Below, piece by piece: positions 36,786 to 49,940 of a DNA stretch of 64,000 nt. Under the pieces are notes generated by a model. It was not told where the DNA came from, ran no database searches, and saw nothing but the letters and a program-made list of their open reading frames with translations. This DNA comes from Daphnia carinata (lineage: Eukaryota). A program made the position numbers and the translations under genes. Location: assembly GCF_022539665.2 (NCBI RefSeq), contig NC_081333.1:3472001-3536000 (forward strand), given 5' to 3'. Every line of letters starts with the position of its first letter. Positions within the stretch are counted from its first letter, which is position 1.

Positions 36786-37377
36786 TTACTCGCTGATACC
36801 ATGTCCATCAGCCGAGCCTTCGTGTCCACCATCGGATTTCTCGTGTCCACCATCGGATTTCTCGTGTCCACCATCGGATTTCTCGTGTCCACCATCGGAT
36901 TTCTCGTGTCCACCATCGGATTTCTCGTGTCCACCATCGGATTTCTCGTGTCCACCATCGGATTTCTCGTGTCCACCATCGGATTTCTCGTGTCCACCAT
37001 CGGATTTCTCGTGTCCACCATCGGATTTCTCGTGTCCACCATCGGATTTCTCGTGTCCACCATCGGATTTTTCACCTCCGTCACTGGATTCTTCATGACC
37101 GTGGTTGTTAGGAGACTGCCCGATGTAGTAACCGTAGCTACTGATTTTCCTGTCGTACCCAAAATGTGCTAAGTCGTAATAACCATAGTACGGGGACGCG
37201 CCATAGTCGTAATATTCGTCGTAATGTCCACCTTCGTATCCATACCAATGTATTGGATTGGCAAAGGAAATTGCCATGAGGAAAGCAAAGATCAAAGCAA
37301 TCTGCGAAAACAAAAGAAGTTATTCAAGTATTAAGCACAAATCAACATCTATGATAGGAACTTACAATAAGCTTCAT
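36786..37377 (-). CDS. Secreted Tyr/Gly-rich protein with KSDGGHE repeats
   Basis: Exon 1 37377-37366 (MKLI) and exon 2 37301-36786. Signal peptide, Tyr-rich N-terminus, ~12 KSDGGHE repeats. Confidence 0.82.
36820..37070. repeat. 21 bp perfect coding tandem repeat (CGTGTCCACCATCGGATTTCT, ~12 copies)
   Basis: Directly visible perfect repeats; they explain the spurious ORFs in other frames. Confidence 0.95.
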
Positions 37378-38270
37378 GTTGGAAGTATTGACTGAAGCCT
37401 TTCGAGTAAGCAGCTAGTGTTTCTCAAGTTTTGGAAACAAGCAACTGAGGCATCTGAAGTGGACAACAAACGTATATATACATCGAGAAAAATACACGAT
37501 CTTGAACAGTGTGAAAGCTGTAGCAAATACGAGCTTACGATTACACGTATAGGTTTACCTTGAAGCACACACGTGACTGAGATGTCGTTACCAAAAAGGG
37601 GTAGTTAACTTTATGGCACATGTTGAATCGATTTCACTAATGGAGGACAAAGTTTCTTCTGTTTGGTGCTACTTTCTATCATTTAATAGCTGTGACAGTT
37701 TCTACAGTGAAACAAACTGTGATTGTAACTAGAGAATGCAGAGTTAAACAAGTAATTGCACCTAGAACGACGAACACTTCGAGACAACATTCGTGGTTGA
37801 GACATGGCGCGAAACTGCCATCTCTACTGCGATTTCAGGATCAACATAGCCTATGGTTATTGGGTTTCTATGAATATTCATGTCCGCCATGATGAAAATG
37901 ATGACCCTTCCTCTTAGTTTCTCAGAATTCTATCGAAGGTCGAACAATTTTAGAATAATTATAGCGAAACAAATGGTTTAGTATTATGGCTGCCCTAAAT
38001 TTAGCAGCGTTAATACACAAAAAAACTTAATTGCTTTTCCCTCCAACTGAAATTACAGCCATAGACAATGTCGTGGGAATTCGGAAAGTTTTATTTGTTT
38101 ATTTGCGTGTTTTTATGTAAAATGCTAATCCAGATTATACAATGGCTGATTTTTTAAAAACAATTACACCCAGTTTATTACTTGCAATGTACAAAGGGGC
38201 TTGTTTAGCATGTTTGTTAAATTAATAAAGTTTTCCTTAAGGCCATAAGAGTATGCAATGGCGATGGAAT

Positions 38271-38915
38271 TCAGTAGTTAGAAGAGTATCTGCCGTAAGA
38301 TTTAGATTTTTCGTACTTGTTATATCCATAAGGAGACGTGTCATATTCGTAGCTTCCTTTCTTTTCGTAGCCGTAAGGAGATCCGTAAAGAGAGCCTCTG
38401 TAACTGTAGCTGTCTGTCTTATTGTAACCATAAGGTGAGCCTTCGTAACTGTAATGGCCGTAAGGTGCAATATCATAGCTGGAACTATATTTGTTGTGAT
38501 AGCCGTATGGGACAACATCGTATCCATAGTCTGCTTGCTTTCCGTAACCGTACGGATGTCCGTCATACCCATAATGTTTTTCATAACCGTAAGGGACTGC
38601 ATCGTAGCCATAGCTACCTTTCTTTTCGTAACCGTAAGGAGAACCTTCATAGCCGTAGCTTTCTTTCTTATGGTACCCATAAGGAAAGGCGTCCCGAACG
38701 TAACCGTCTTTTTTGTCGTAACTGTACGTACCACTTTCGTAGCTTCCTTTTTTATCTCCGTAACCATTGCCCTTCTTCTCACCATAAGAATAAGGTTCTC
38801 TGGCCATTACCACAGTTGCAAGAGCAACGACACTTAACAAAACCTGCATTAACATTTTCAGTGAACTTAGTTCAAACACAGAAATATTGTTTACACTTAC
38901 AGCGATGTTGGTCAT
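38271..38915 (-). CDS. Secreted Tyr/Gly-rich structural protein (YGY(E/D)KK repeat family)
   Basis: Exon 1 38915-38901 (MTNIA) and exon 2 38843-38271. Signal peptide, PYGYEKKGSYGYD repeats; TATAAATA at 39011-39004. Confidence 0.88.
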   Translation of the reverse strand: MTNIAVSVNNISVFELSSLKMLMQVLLSVVALATVVMAREPYSYGEKKGNGYGDKKGSYESGTYSYDKKDGYVRDAFPYGYHKKESYGYEGSPYGYEKKGSYGYDAVPYGYEKHYGYDGHPYGYGKQADYGYDVVPYGYHNKYSSSYDIAPYGHYSYEGSPYGYNKTDSYSYRGSLYGSPYGYEKKGSYEYDTSPYGYNKYEKSKSYGRYSSNY

Positions 38916-39084
38916 GCTGGAACTGTTGTTTCTCCAGAATAAGTTGTACTGTTCACCAACTGCTGAAAGGACTAACTGATGAAAGTGAATTGCAGATGTC
39001 GTGTATTTATACGTCAACGAAACAGATGCAAAATGCTGATGAGAACATTTCACCGTGACGATGGTATACACTAGTTTAGAAACT

Positions 39085-39097
39085 ATGCAAACCTTGG
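39085..39097 (-). promoter_or_regulatory. CCAAGGTTTGCAT upstream motif
   Basis: About 75 bp upstream of the TATA box; recurs before paralogues. Confidence 0.6.
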
Positions 39098-39712
39098 CCC
39101 ATAGATTGAACGAAATCGATTTAGTTAATTTGACAAAAAGCCTGTTTTGCAACATTCAGGTGAAAACAACCATCTGCTTTGTCTAATATCTCTTCTGTGG
39201 ATTTGCACGGATGGGAAAAACAATAAGCCCCACGTACAACTTTGAACGTAAATCGCGAAACTGGACACACGTCCCGCCCAAGTGATCAAATTTATGGTGT
39301 TCCACAACTGCCCGTGTTTTTTTTTTTTACTTTCACGCTGCATGTTTAAAACAATTTCGTCATGCTACACCTGTGACCTTTAATAAACGCTTTAATTTAA
39401 AAAATATGGACGAATTCACTACGGCCATTTTACTTGGACTTGTCTTCTAAAAATGCAATTGTTAGACATCGATCTGTAGAATTAGAAATTTCATTCAAAT
39501 TCTACGATCTATGGAACCGGTACGTATTTAACAATTGACGCGTGAGGCCAACAAGCTCGTCTTGAACATTCATTAAGAACATTATATTAGCAATTTAAAA
39601 CACATAGAAGGGCGAAAAGTGCAACAGACGTATTCAAATAATCGAACACAATTAAATCGTAGCAAGTGATAGGGAATGCGAGTTGTCAGTGATGGCCAGG
39701 CTGCGTAACAAT

Positions 39713-40442
39713 TCAATAGCTTGCAGCTGAATAAACTGTACCATAAGATTTAGGCTTTTCGTGCTTTTCGTGCTTTTCGTAGCCATAAGCGGGGGCTTCG
39801 TAACCGTAGCTGGCTTTCTTGTCGTAACCATATGCCGGTATACCGTACCCGTAGCTTGGTTTCCATTCGGAGCCGTAAGCCGGAGCACTGTATCCATAGC
39901 TCACTTTCTTATCGTATCCATAAGGTGTAGCTTGGTACCCATAGCCGCCTTTCTTCTCGTAACCATAAGCCGGGGCGTTATAGCCATAGCCTTTGTTGGC
40001 GTTACCGTAAGCAGGGGCGTTATAACCATAGCCTTTGTTGGCGTAACCGTAGGGTGAGGAACGATAACCATGACTTCCTCTGTCGTAACCATAAGGTGCA
40101 CTATGATAACCATGACTTTCCTTCTTGTTGTAACCATAAGCTTGGGCGTTATAGCCGTAGCTTGGTGTTCTCCCGTAGCCGTAAGGCGCGGCATGGTAAC
40201 CGTAGCTTTCCTTCTTCTCGTAACCATAACGAGGTACATAGCTTGCTTTCTTGTCGTAGTCGTACGACGAAGCATCAAAACTGGCACTTCCCTTTTTGTA
40301 AGAATATTGGTCACTAGCCATAACGACAGCTACGAAAGCAACAAGTACTGCTAAAGTCTAAGAATAAAAATTCCCATTAACCGTTAAGTTGGATGTAAAA
40401 CAAAGGAAAATTCAGCTTGAAACTTACGGTTAATTTAGCCAT
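39713..40442 (-). CDS. Secreted Tyr/Gly-rich structural protein (YGYDKK family)
   Basis: Exon 1 40442-40428 (MAKLT) and exon 2 40357-39713; APAYGYDKK repeats; TATA at 40540-40533. Confidence 0.88.
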
Positions 40443-41506
40443 TTTAAACTTTAAGAATGCTGCTGAAGGGTTTGTTTTTTGCTGGAATGCTGGACTGATC
40501 GAACTGATGCCAGTGGACTAGGATTCGTTAGGTATTTATAGCAGAAAACGAACGGGGTGGATAGGCCGTGTTCAATGTCATGGAATCCATGTTGCACCTG
40601 ACCGAAGGACTGGGTCGCACATTAAACGAAACCTTACGTAATTGTTTGTCACAGTCGAGAAAGTACAGTGATTCTGCCTGAAACACTTGCGTTTGTGCTA
40701 ACCAGTGGTAATAATGAACAATCAGTCGTAAATGCAGTGCTGATGTCACGCTGTTTAAAGAAAATTGGCTGATAATTACCTTATGTGTTTTCGGGTTCCC
40801 ACGATGTTTAACGGGATCGACAATGAACGTTGTGTTTCGACGGGCACGCCTTAACACAGATGTTGTCAAGGATATAGCCATCATGTTTCGTACTCTTTTG
40901 TCTTTAGGATGATTATGTCCTAATTCATCCATTTTCTGCTGAACGGGGAAACTAAACCACTCACAAAACACAGTCAGAAATCACTTGCTTCGAAAATGTT
41001 GGTACACAATAAAACGAAAACTAAAAATGTCCTTACTGTTACCCTAAAACTCCATACGTAAAGGACATAACTTTCGTTCCCATACTTATCCACCATTTCT
41101 TACTTTTCCCACTTTTTCTATTCCAAGTTGTAAAGACATTAAATAAAAATTGCCACGTATCCTTTCATGTCCTCTACGCAAAATTAAATGCACTATTTGC
41201 TATGCCCATCCTATTGGACCCCATGCCCTTACGGGATCCTCCCACTGATATCCTTAAGCAAAGACTGATCGAATTAAGGAATGCACGAATGATTGCAAAT
41301 TTTCCACCATCTATTCTGATTGACATTAAAAGTGCTTTTAACGCTTTATTTTTATTATTCCTTTTTTTTTCAAACAGAACTTTTTTTTACGTTCATAAAT
41401 TCCAATAACACATAACACATACGTTAAATATAAAAACTAGCGTATGGCCAGAAATTCAGATGCATTTTCTCGTTTGGCAATCGGGCTGAAGTGGGTTGGA
41501 AGTTGG

Positions 41507-42019
41507 TTAATACCTGCCATAAGATTGACGTTTCTCATACTTGTCGTAACCGTAAGCCGGAGCCTCATAGCCATAATTTGTTTTCTTTTCGTATCCATAT
41601 GGGGCAGCATCATAGCCGTAGCTTACTTTCTTGTCATAACCATATGAGGGGGCATTGTATTTCTTATTGTATCCGTACGATGTTGCTCCGCTTCCTCTTC
41701 CGTCGTATCCATAAGGCGAAACGTCGTAACCGTAGTTGCTCCCTTTCTTCTCGTAACCGTAAGATGGGCCATCGTATCCGTAATTGCCTTTCTTCTCGTA
41801 CGAGACAGCATCATAGCTGTCTACCTTGCCACCGTAAGGTCCATAAGTGCCCTTCCAGGTTCCATCGTATGGACCATTAGCCATTACGGCTGCCATAAGA
41901 GAAACCATAACAACAGCAACCTGTATTTAAAATATCATAAAAGAAAACACGTCAAATCAAAAGAGTAAAACTATCGTAAAATTTCGTATTAAAGTTTAAC
42001 TTACAGCGATTTGAGTCAT
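41507..42019 (-). CDS. Secreted Tyr/Gly-rich structural protein (YGYDKK family)
   Basis: Exon 1 42019-42005 (MTQIA) and exon 2 41920-41507; PSYGYEKKG repeats. Confidence 0.88.
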
Positions 42020-43136
42020 TTTTGAATTGTTTCTGAAATGGGACTGTCTTGCTGGAACGAGAAACTGAATGATGTTGATCTATAAGATCCGTCCGGTTTT
42101 TATACAAAAAACAGAGTAGGCGGAAAAAGAGTCGGTGAGAACGTGCTGGCCTTAATAATACACTCGTACTATTAATAGCAATCAAACCTTGGGGGTTTAA
42201 ATCGAAAGACCGCATCGGCGTTTATTCTAGCGGAGTAGTTTCTTATCTTTGACCGCGATAGAATTTGTTTTTATTTTTATCCTACCATTTTACCCGGGTT
42301 AACTGCCTGTAACAGAAGCAATCAACCGCGAATAGAACCGATGTCCAAAACGGACAGATAAACGCAATGGCCTTGGTTAACGAAATCGTTGGACTGTATA
42401 ACCCAGCTGCAATTTAACGCCCACACTAGAACACAGATTTAATGCAGTGATACAATGCAAAAATGATCGTCACATAGCCACATCATTCTGGTGGTTCCAT
42501 TCACAATTTTAAATGACGTAAATCAAGCTGCTAGAGACCGCACACGTGTTGCTACTGAACTCATTTTGATTGTTTGGTTTCGGGCTTTTCCTAACCATGA
42601 AACGAGGTTCATTTTTCAAAGAAAACGCTATAGATATTGGCATCCACTCCCCTCACAGACAACTGAGAACTATAACTAATTGACAGACAACGATAATGCA
42701 AGAAAAAGATGTGCTTAAGTCGTGACAAACACGGACTTTGTGCCATTTAGTTCTCTGCACTAAATACGAGCTCAAACATATTCAACTTGACTGCGCAAAC
42801 GACTGTATCTAAGTGCCAATTTTTAGACGTGATGGGCTTAAGGATGGGGCAGTATTATGTAAGAAAATGATGGGTACACCAAAACAGAAGGAAGGGAGAC
42901 CAAAAATCCATGATGGCCGCTTCCTTTTTACTTTCTATTTACTAAAAAAAGAAAAAAGAAAAACAATCGCCGGCAGTGTTATTACAAATATTGTATTAGA
43001 TACAGGAGATAATGACGCGTTTTTGCAATGCAACATTACGTTCACATATCAAACTTTGTGGTAAATAAAAGGCGCTTTCCTTTGGCCGGAGAGTAGAACG
43101 CATTTGTGTCATGAAACAGGTGTTAGTTAAAACATT

Positions 43137-43653
43137 TCAATAGCTGGACGGGTAGCTTCCGTAAGGTTTCAGTTTCTCGTATTTGTCGTAACCATAAGCT
43201 GGGGCCTCATAGCCGCCTGTTTTGTAATAGGTGACAGGGAATTCACCGTAGCCGTAGCTATCTTTCTTGTTGTAACCGTATGAGGAGGCATCATAACCGT
43301 AGCTATCTTTCTTGTTGTAGCCGTAAGCGGGAGCATCGTAGCCGTAGACTTTTTTGTCGTAGCCGTAACGGACGGCCGGGTAGCCGCTTCCTTTCTTGTC
43401 GTATCCGTAAGGGGAGGCATCATAACCGTAACTATCTTTTTTGTCGTAGCCGTAAGGGGAAGCATCATAGCCTCCTTTCTTGTCTCCGTAAGATCCATAA
43501 GAATGTGGGGCATTGGCCATGGCCACTGCGACGACAGCGAGCAAAACTAAAGCTGTCTGGTAAATGTTGGTGCCAGTCAAAAATAAATACTAAAAAATGA
43601 ACTGAAAGTGTTTTACTTAAACAAAGCAATTAACTTACAAACAATTTAGCCAT
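43137..43653 (-). CDS. Secreted Tyr/Gly-rich structural protein (YGYDKK family)
   Basis: Exon 1 43653-43639 (MAKLF) and exon 2 43556-43137; DASPYGYDKKDSYGY repeats. Confidence 0.88.
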
Positions 43654-44982
43654 TTCGGATAAGAAATTGGTTTAAAGAGCAGCTTTTGCAATTGTGTTAA
43701 AAAGCTGCAAAAGGGATCCAACAACTGACGACAAAGGACTTGTAGACGGCCAGTATTTATATGAGGGAAACGGACCGATGAGCACACGACATTGATGACG
43801 CCCTAGTTTTCAATTTCATACACAAAAACCTTGATGTTAATGAAGGTCCTATGTTAGACCTTTTTTTCCGGAGTCCAGTAAGGATAGTTTTTATGTCCCT
43901 CAAGGTGCGAATTCACTAACCGTGACAGAAAGCAAGCGTGAATCGTTATTACATTTAGCCAGCCCTGTTTATTTTCATTTATTTCATATTTTTGTTTTAA
44001 ACATTGACATTATTCAAGGGCTAAAGAAAAATGTTTTAGTAAACGAAAATACATGTAGCTCATAATGCGTTCACTATGACGTCAAGCACGAGATCAAGGG
44101 CCCTGATAAAGATGCCTTGTAACAATTAAAGGTTTCGAAACAAAAGCATTTTCGAGTCCACTTAATGGTTCTGACTGATCGTGATTGAAATTGAAAACAG
44201 GTTTGCAGTAAGAGGTTCCAAAAAGGATGATGAATCTCTTATTAAAAAACAAGGGAAAACAAAAATCACAGAAGAGAAAGCGATACATTCTAAACTGACC
44301 TAGAAATTCCCGTAAACACACCAACATTTATAGGGCTTTAGGCAAAAATCCTTGAATCATTCACTATGGGCCAGTATGCCTCGTTTCGGCGTGAAAATGT
44401 GTGTCGTTATAGAGGCACATGTGTCCGTTTATCTTTCAGTCTGTCTGTCAGTCTATAACGTCCTACGCCAACAAAAGAACCCGTGTCCAAAGTTCTCGTT
44501 GTGTCTGAGCCAGTGCCTCTCTCTGTTCAGTGTCTGGAATTGATGCGCATGCGTCGTGAACATCTCCGCGACACAACAGCATCGCGACACGATAGTATCG
44601 AGTTGCTTTCGCCCTACTGCAGTACAACACCATGACAGTGAAGCTCACGGTCGTGTTCGAAACGTTTTCTTCAACATGTCCAACGCTTTAAAGTCGAGCA
44701 AAGAATCATCACGAGGGCATTTGCACTCGATTTTCTAAGACCTCCAAGTGCATCGTCCAGTAGCGTGAACGATAGTGTCACACGTAATTTCACGCACTGT
44801 GTGCCCATGTCGGGAAATCTAAAATTAGTCCAGTTCCAGAAGAAGAAAAAGAGAAAGCAAAGACATCCCATCTGGTAGATAACTTGGCAAGTACGCACAA
44901 CACATTGTTTTCTATTCAAACCTTCGATATCGATCTACATTTTTTTTGTCTAATGAATAGGATAACATACACGCAGGCGAAA

Positions 44983-46688
44983 ATGACGGATAAATTCCAT
45001 ACACCTTCCAGCCGGAGCCCAGACATTGACGCTGGATGGGCTTGGGTAATTGCTGTGGCTTCCATTTTTGCGGCTGCGATATCGTCGGGTACCATTTGCT
45101 TTCTGAATTCATCTGAAAAAAATGTGTCACATCATTTATTACATTGAAATAAAAATAGGAGTCTATTTTACGTTCAGCATGTATTTCCCCATACTTCTGA
45201 ACGAATTTCAAGCATCACGCGCTGCAACCGCCTGGGTCGGATCGCTCAATAATGGCGTGTACATGTTAGCAGGTTATCATCAGGAAAAATGTTTATCAGC
45301 TTTCCCTTTTTTTTTTTTACATCTGTTCAAGGCTGTCTGCTTTATTTTGTTACAGGTCCGATAGCTACGTTATTCATACAGAGAATTGGCTGTCGCTGGA
45401 CGGTTATGATCGGTGGGATGACATCAATGATTGGCTTAGCCTTAAGCAGCTTAGCACCTAATCTTATAACGCTCTTTTTTACATACGGTGGGATTACAGG
45501 TGAAATAAAAATTCATTTTAAATGCTATAGCTTTTAAAGAATTATTTCATCGTTGGTTTAGCATTCGGACTGTGTCTGAATTACACGTCGTGGATCGTTG
45601 CCATCTCGGACAGTTTCAATAAGAAACACGCAGTTGCGTTCTCACTGAGCCAATCGGGTGTTGGATTGGGCATATTCGTGTTTGGTCCGCTCTTCAGTTT
45701 GCTCATCAGCATTTACGGATGGAGAGGTGCGATGCTCATCACGGGCGCCTGCACGTTCCAGCTGACATTTTTGGGCGCATTGATATTCCCGCCGAGAGTC
45801 GCAAAAGAAATGATCAGCTGCGAAGGCTTGCCACTCACGAACGCTTGCACCGACGAAGAAATTAAGACGATATTAAATACTCTTAACACGGAAATCCCTT
45901 CGCCTGACGGCCATGCCACCACCGTGCCGTCAAAGTGGATGACTCATTGCTCTTGGATGCTTCATCTCAGCTGCTTCTTATGGTCTGTGGCTACGTCGAT
46001 ACCGTACATTCTACTGGCAGATTATGCGCGTTCTCTCGATCTCGTCGAGTACGTTGTTCTCTCATCATTTGATATCATTTAGTTTAATTTTTTTGAATGA
46101 TAGATATTATATCATTATGCTGAGCACGATGGGAATAGGTGATCTCGTGTGCCGTTTAGTTATCGGCCCACTCGTTACAGTCTGGAAGTTGGACGTAACG
46201 AAAGTGTACGCCGTTTCTCAGCTGGTGTGTGCCATTACAATCGCTTCATTTCCAATCGTTGTTAACGGGATCCAAATGATTATCCAAGGTTTTTTATTCA
46301 GCATCACGTTCGGCTGTCAGTGTTTATTGCTTGGTAAGTTGCCTTTCCTAATGAACTTTAAATAATACATTTTTTGAATTGTTACACAGCTCTCGTACCG
46401 CGCGCTCTATTTGGAAGCCAAAATTTGAATCGCATTTTTGGAATTACAATGTTTTTTGGAGGTATTGGAATCCTCATCGGACCGCCAATCGTAAGCTATT
46501 CAATCAACGAGTACATTATTAATGGACTTTTGATTTTTTTTTAAACTTGATTTTTACAGGCAGGATTGTTAGTGGACAGTACGCCGGGGAGGTCGTACTG
46601 GGTGGCGTTTGTTTTTGCATCTGTTATGGAACTGTTAGCAACAGCGGCTACGGTTGGTTGTCTCTTCTTTGCCAAACGAAAATGTTAA
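44983..46688 (+). CDS. MFS transporter, monocarboxylate (SLC16/MCT-like) family
   Basis: Multi-exon gene: PDIDAGWAWVIAVAS, ATAWVGSL, GPIATLFIQRIGCRWTVMIGG, YGWRGAMLI, IGILIGPPI; multiple hydrophobic helices. Confidence 0.88.
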
Positions 46689-46849
46689 ACTCCCTTTCAG
46701 CAATAATTTCCAATTTTTTTAAATTTATTTTTTATTATTAAATTTTTGCATGAAATGTGGAAGACACACTTTTGAAAATAGATACGTTTTATTCAAATCG
46801 AAAGTTTGGAATGACGGGTTTACGGTTATATGTCAGTTGGGGCAAAGGT

Positions 46850-47464
46850 TTAATACCTTGAGGAATAGCTACCGTATGATTTAGGCTTCTCGTACTTGCC
46901 GTAACCGTAAGACGGGGCTTCATAACCATAGCTTCCTTTCTTGTTGTATCCGTACGGAGAACCGCCGTAGCTTTCTTTCTTGTCGTAACCGTAAGAGGGG
47001 GCATCGTAGCCATAGCTTTCTTTCTTATCGTAGCCGTAAGAGGGGGCATCGTAACCATAGCTTTCTTTCTTATCGTAGCCGTAAGATGGGGCATCGTAGC
47101 CATAGCCGCCTTTCTTCTCGTAGCCATAGGAAGGAGCACCATAGCTCGGTTTCTTGTCATAACCATAAGGAGAAGCACGATAACCATAACTGGGCTTCTT
47201 GTCATAGCCATAAGGTCCAGCACTATAGCCGTAATCCTTATCGTATCCTTTCTGTCCATCGTATTTAACCGTATAAGAATACGATCCACCATACGGTGCA
47301 TAGCCCTTATTTCCACCGTACGGATCGCGGGCCATCGTAACGGCCATAAGAACAAAAAGAACTAATAAGGGAATCTATAAGAGACACAAACAGATAATCA
47401 ACAACATTACACAATACGTTATTCAAACTGAATTGAATTTCAAACTTACCACCAATTGAGCCAT
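46850..47464 (-). CDS. Secreted Tyr/Gly-rich structural protein (YGYDKK family)
   Basis: Exon 1 47464-47450 (MAQLV) and exon 2 47374-46850; 15-aa DAPSYGYDKKESYGY repeats. Confidence 0.88.
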
Positions 47465-47867
47465 GTTCAATTGTTTTTCTTTTGCTCGTCGATGTTGTTC
47501 GAATGGCTGGACGGAGCAACTGATGACTGTCGACTTGAAGACGGGCGGTATTTATAGGAAAACAAAAACAGCCGGCCATCAAAATGTGGGAAAGCGGCAT
47601 TGCTAAACGCCCTCATTTTGTTTTTTTCAATTTCGCAAAATCCTTGACGTAAGATTTACGAGATATGTACTGTTACAAGTCACTGAATTTCTAGTGTTTC
47701 TCTTTCATTCTTTTGGCGAGTAAATGCTTCAAATTGTTTCGTACCATTTAGATAAAATTATATTAACCAACCAACTAAAACCAATCATATTTGTTTAGAC
47801 ATTTAGGGCGAAAACAAGGATCGACATAAGAAATTGTAACGTATTCAAGTACATTAAGGGTCAACGT

Positions 47868-48622
47868 TTAATAAACTGGGTAATCACTGTAAGACTGTGG
47901 CTTTGGCTTATAGTTATATTGTCCATTGGACGACGATTGGCCATTGTATCCTTTGTCGTAAGACATAGGCTCATATTTAGGGGTGCCGCTGTAAGACGTC
48001 GGTCCGTATTTTGGTGTGTTGTCATAAGCTGGACCTTTACCGCCATATCCCGTGCCGTAAGACGAAGGTTGGGTGTTGTATCCTTTATCGTTATACGAGG
48101 GCTGTCCCTTGTTGTAAGAGGGACCGTTGTCGTAAGAGGAGCCCTTGTTTCCACCGTATCCCTTATCGTTATAGGACGGCTGTCCCTTTTCGTAAGAGGG
48201 ACCGTTGTCGTATGAGGGGCCCTTGTGTCCACCGTATCCCTTATCGTTATAGGAGGGCTGTCCCTTTTCGTAAGAGGGACCGTTGTCGTATGAGGGGCCC
48301 TTGTGTCCACCGTATCCTTTATCGTTATACGAGGGCTGTCCCTTGTTGTAAGAGGGACCGTTGTCGTAAGAAGAGCCCTTGTTTCCACCGTATCCTTTAT
48401 CGTTATACGAGGGCTGGCTCTTTTGTCCCTTGTCGTAAGAAGGACCGTAGTAAGAGGGGCCCTTGTTTCCACCGTACCCATTAGCCATAACAACGGCCAT
48501 AAGGGAAACGAGAATCAATGCAGCCTGCAACAAACAGATTCGTACGCAAAAATGAGCAAAATAAATTAAATAGCACTAAAAATATTTTGAAATTCAATTC
48601 AACTTACTGCAATTTTAGCCAT
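47868..48622 (-). CDS. Secreted Tyr/Gly-rich structural protein (GPSY repeat type)
   Basis: Exon 1 48622-48608 (MAKIA) and exon 2 48524-47868; ~26-aa KGYGG(N/H)KGPSYDNGPSY(N/E)KGQPSYND repeats. Confidence 0.88.
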
Positions 48623-48762
48623 GTTTTAGTAGTTGATTCAACGGAGGTGCTATGTTCGTATTGCTCCTAGAACCAACTGATGACAATGTCTTGAAAGACA
48701 CGCAGTATTTATAGGAGGTAAAAGGCGTGACCCGCTGCTATGAGCAGACGTTTAGAAAAGCC

Positions 48763-48775
48763 ATGCAAACCTTGG
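48763..48775 (-). promoter_or_regulatory. CCAAGGTTTGCAT upstream motif
   Basis: About 50 bp upstream of TATAAATA (48713-48706). Confidence 0.6.
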
Positions 48776-49699
48776 GCCCGGGAGTGAACGACATGACGGA
48801 TCCCTTGTCGTTCATACGAACAGGTTCTTTTGCAATTTTCTTTCACCGAAAGAAAATGTTGAAATATTTTTGGCGGTGAGGTAAAGAGGAATTGAATGCG
48901 ATAAATTTAGAAATTGTAATGTCAATTGTCATTGGTGCTTGTTGTAAATTAACAGCTTACGCTTCCATTTATAGAATAAAACCTTCAAATGTTTCCATCT
49001 TTCTTCGGGAATGGTGCCGAAGCCGTTGTCTAATGAATTCTGTTTACATAAACGTATTAGACGAAGAAAAAAAAAGACGTTTATAATGTCATAAGATTCA
49101 AGATTATAAGCTTTCTCGGTTGAAATAGCATTATTTTTAAATATACAGTGGGGCGGTTTACTTTGTTTTTTTTAAGTTTAGGGCCAATGTCTTGTTATAT
49201 AATTATGTAAGATGCATATCGGACGATCTTACAAGTAAAACGCATTTATAGACATTATACGCACAATTGTATTTACTGAGGTTGAATAATTTTAAAAATA
49301 TAAAAAACAACTGACATTTGTATGACAGATGCAGAAATCAAAACGTTTAAAACTTCGTTTGATTGGTCGTCGAAAGCGTTTGTGGAAATTGATGTGAGAA
49401 CGCGTTATGATTTGTTTCTATTCATTCTGTATTCATTCATCGTTCTTAGTTATCAGCAATAAAATATTTATGTGTAAATTTATTTCCAGAAAAAATCTTA
49501 ATTTAAACAATAAAAGATTGCATTTGATATTTTGGTCTTGGAACAGTGGGGCACCTGACACGAGGCATAGCCGGAGGAGCCTGTAATGTAACTGCAAAGG
49601 TGGGGTCGGCTAGTGTTCATTACTTTTATTTTAGAGTGGGGGCTCACAAAATGGTCCCCTTATTTCCTTCTAAAGAGACTCGGTATAGTCGTCATCGTA

Positions 49700-49940
49700 A
49701 CGCATCGAAGCTTAAGCCTTTGGCAATTTTGTATCCACGCCATTAGTCATCCGCCTTTAGGGTATCCGGCGTTCTATCCCATCCATCGTTAAGGGGATCC
49801 ACCCTTCGGGTCTATCGTTTTTATCCAACGCTGGCCATGATGACTGTGCTGCAATAAGGCCGTAAAAAGAAATGTTATGTAATCAAGAAATGAAAATGAA
49901 TTGAGCAAAAACGAACTTACAGCTAGAACTCAGACCATTG
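49700..49940 (-). pseudogene. Decayed member of the Tyr/Gly-rich (GGY-type) family
   Basis: Micro exon ending GCT|GTAAGT at ~49921; degenerate exon 2 (...GTCATCATGGCCAGCGTTGGATAA..., AACGCCGGATACCCTAAAGGCGGATGA) with stops; TATAAATA at ~50002-49995. Confidence 0.55.

Noticed and set aside
36820..37070. Regular 21 bp repeats (and the 18 bp repeats at 25978-26155) as a CRISPR-like array
   Set aside because: Head-to-tail with no unique spacers, lengths are multiples of 3, they lie within eukaryotic coding exons, and no cas genes are present.
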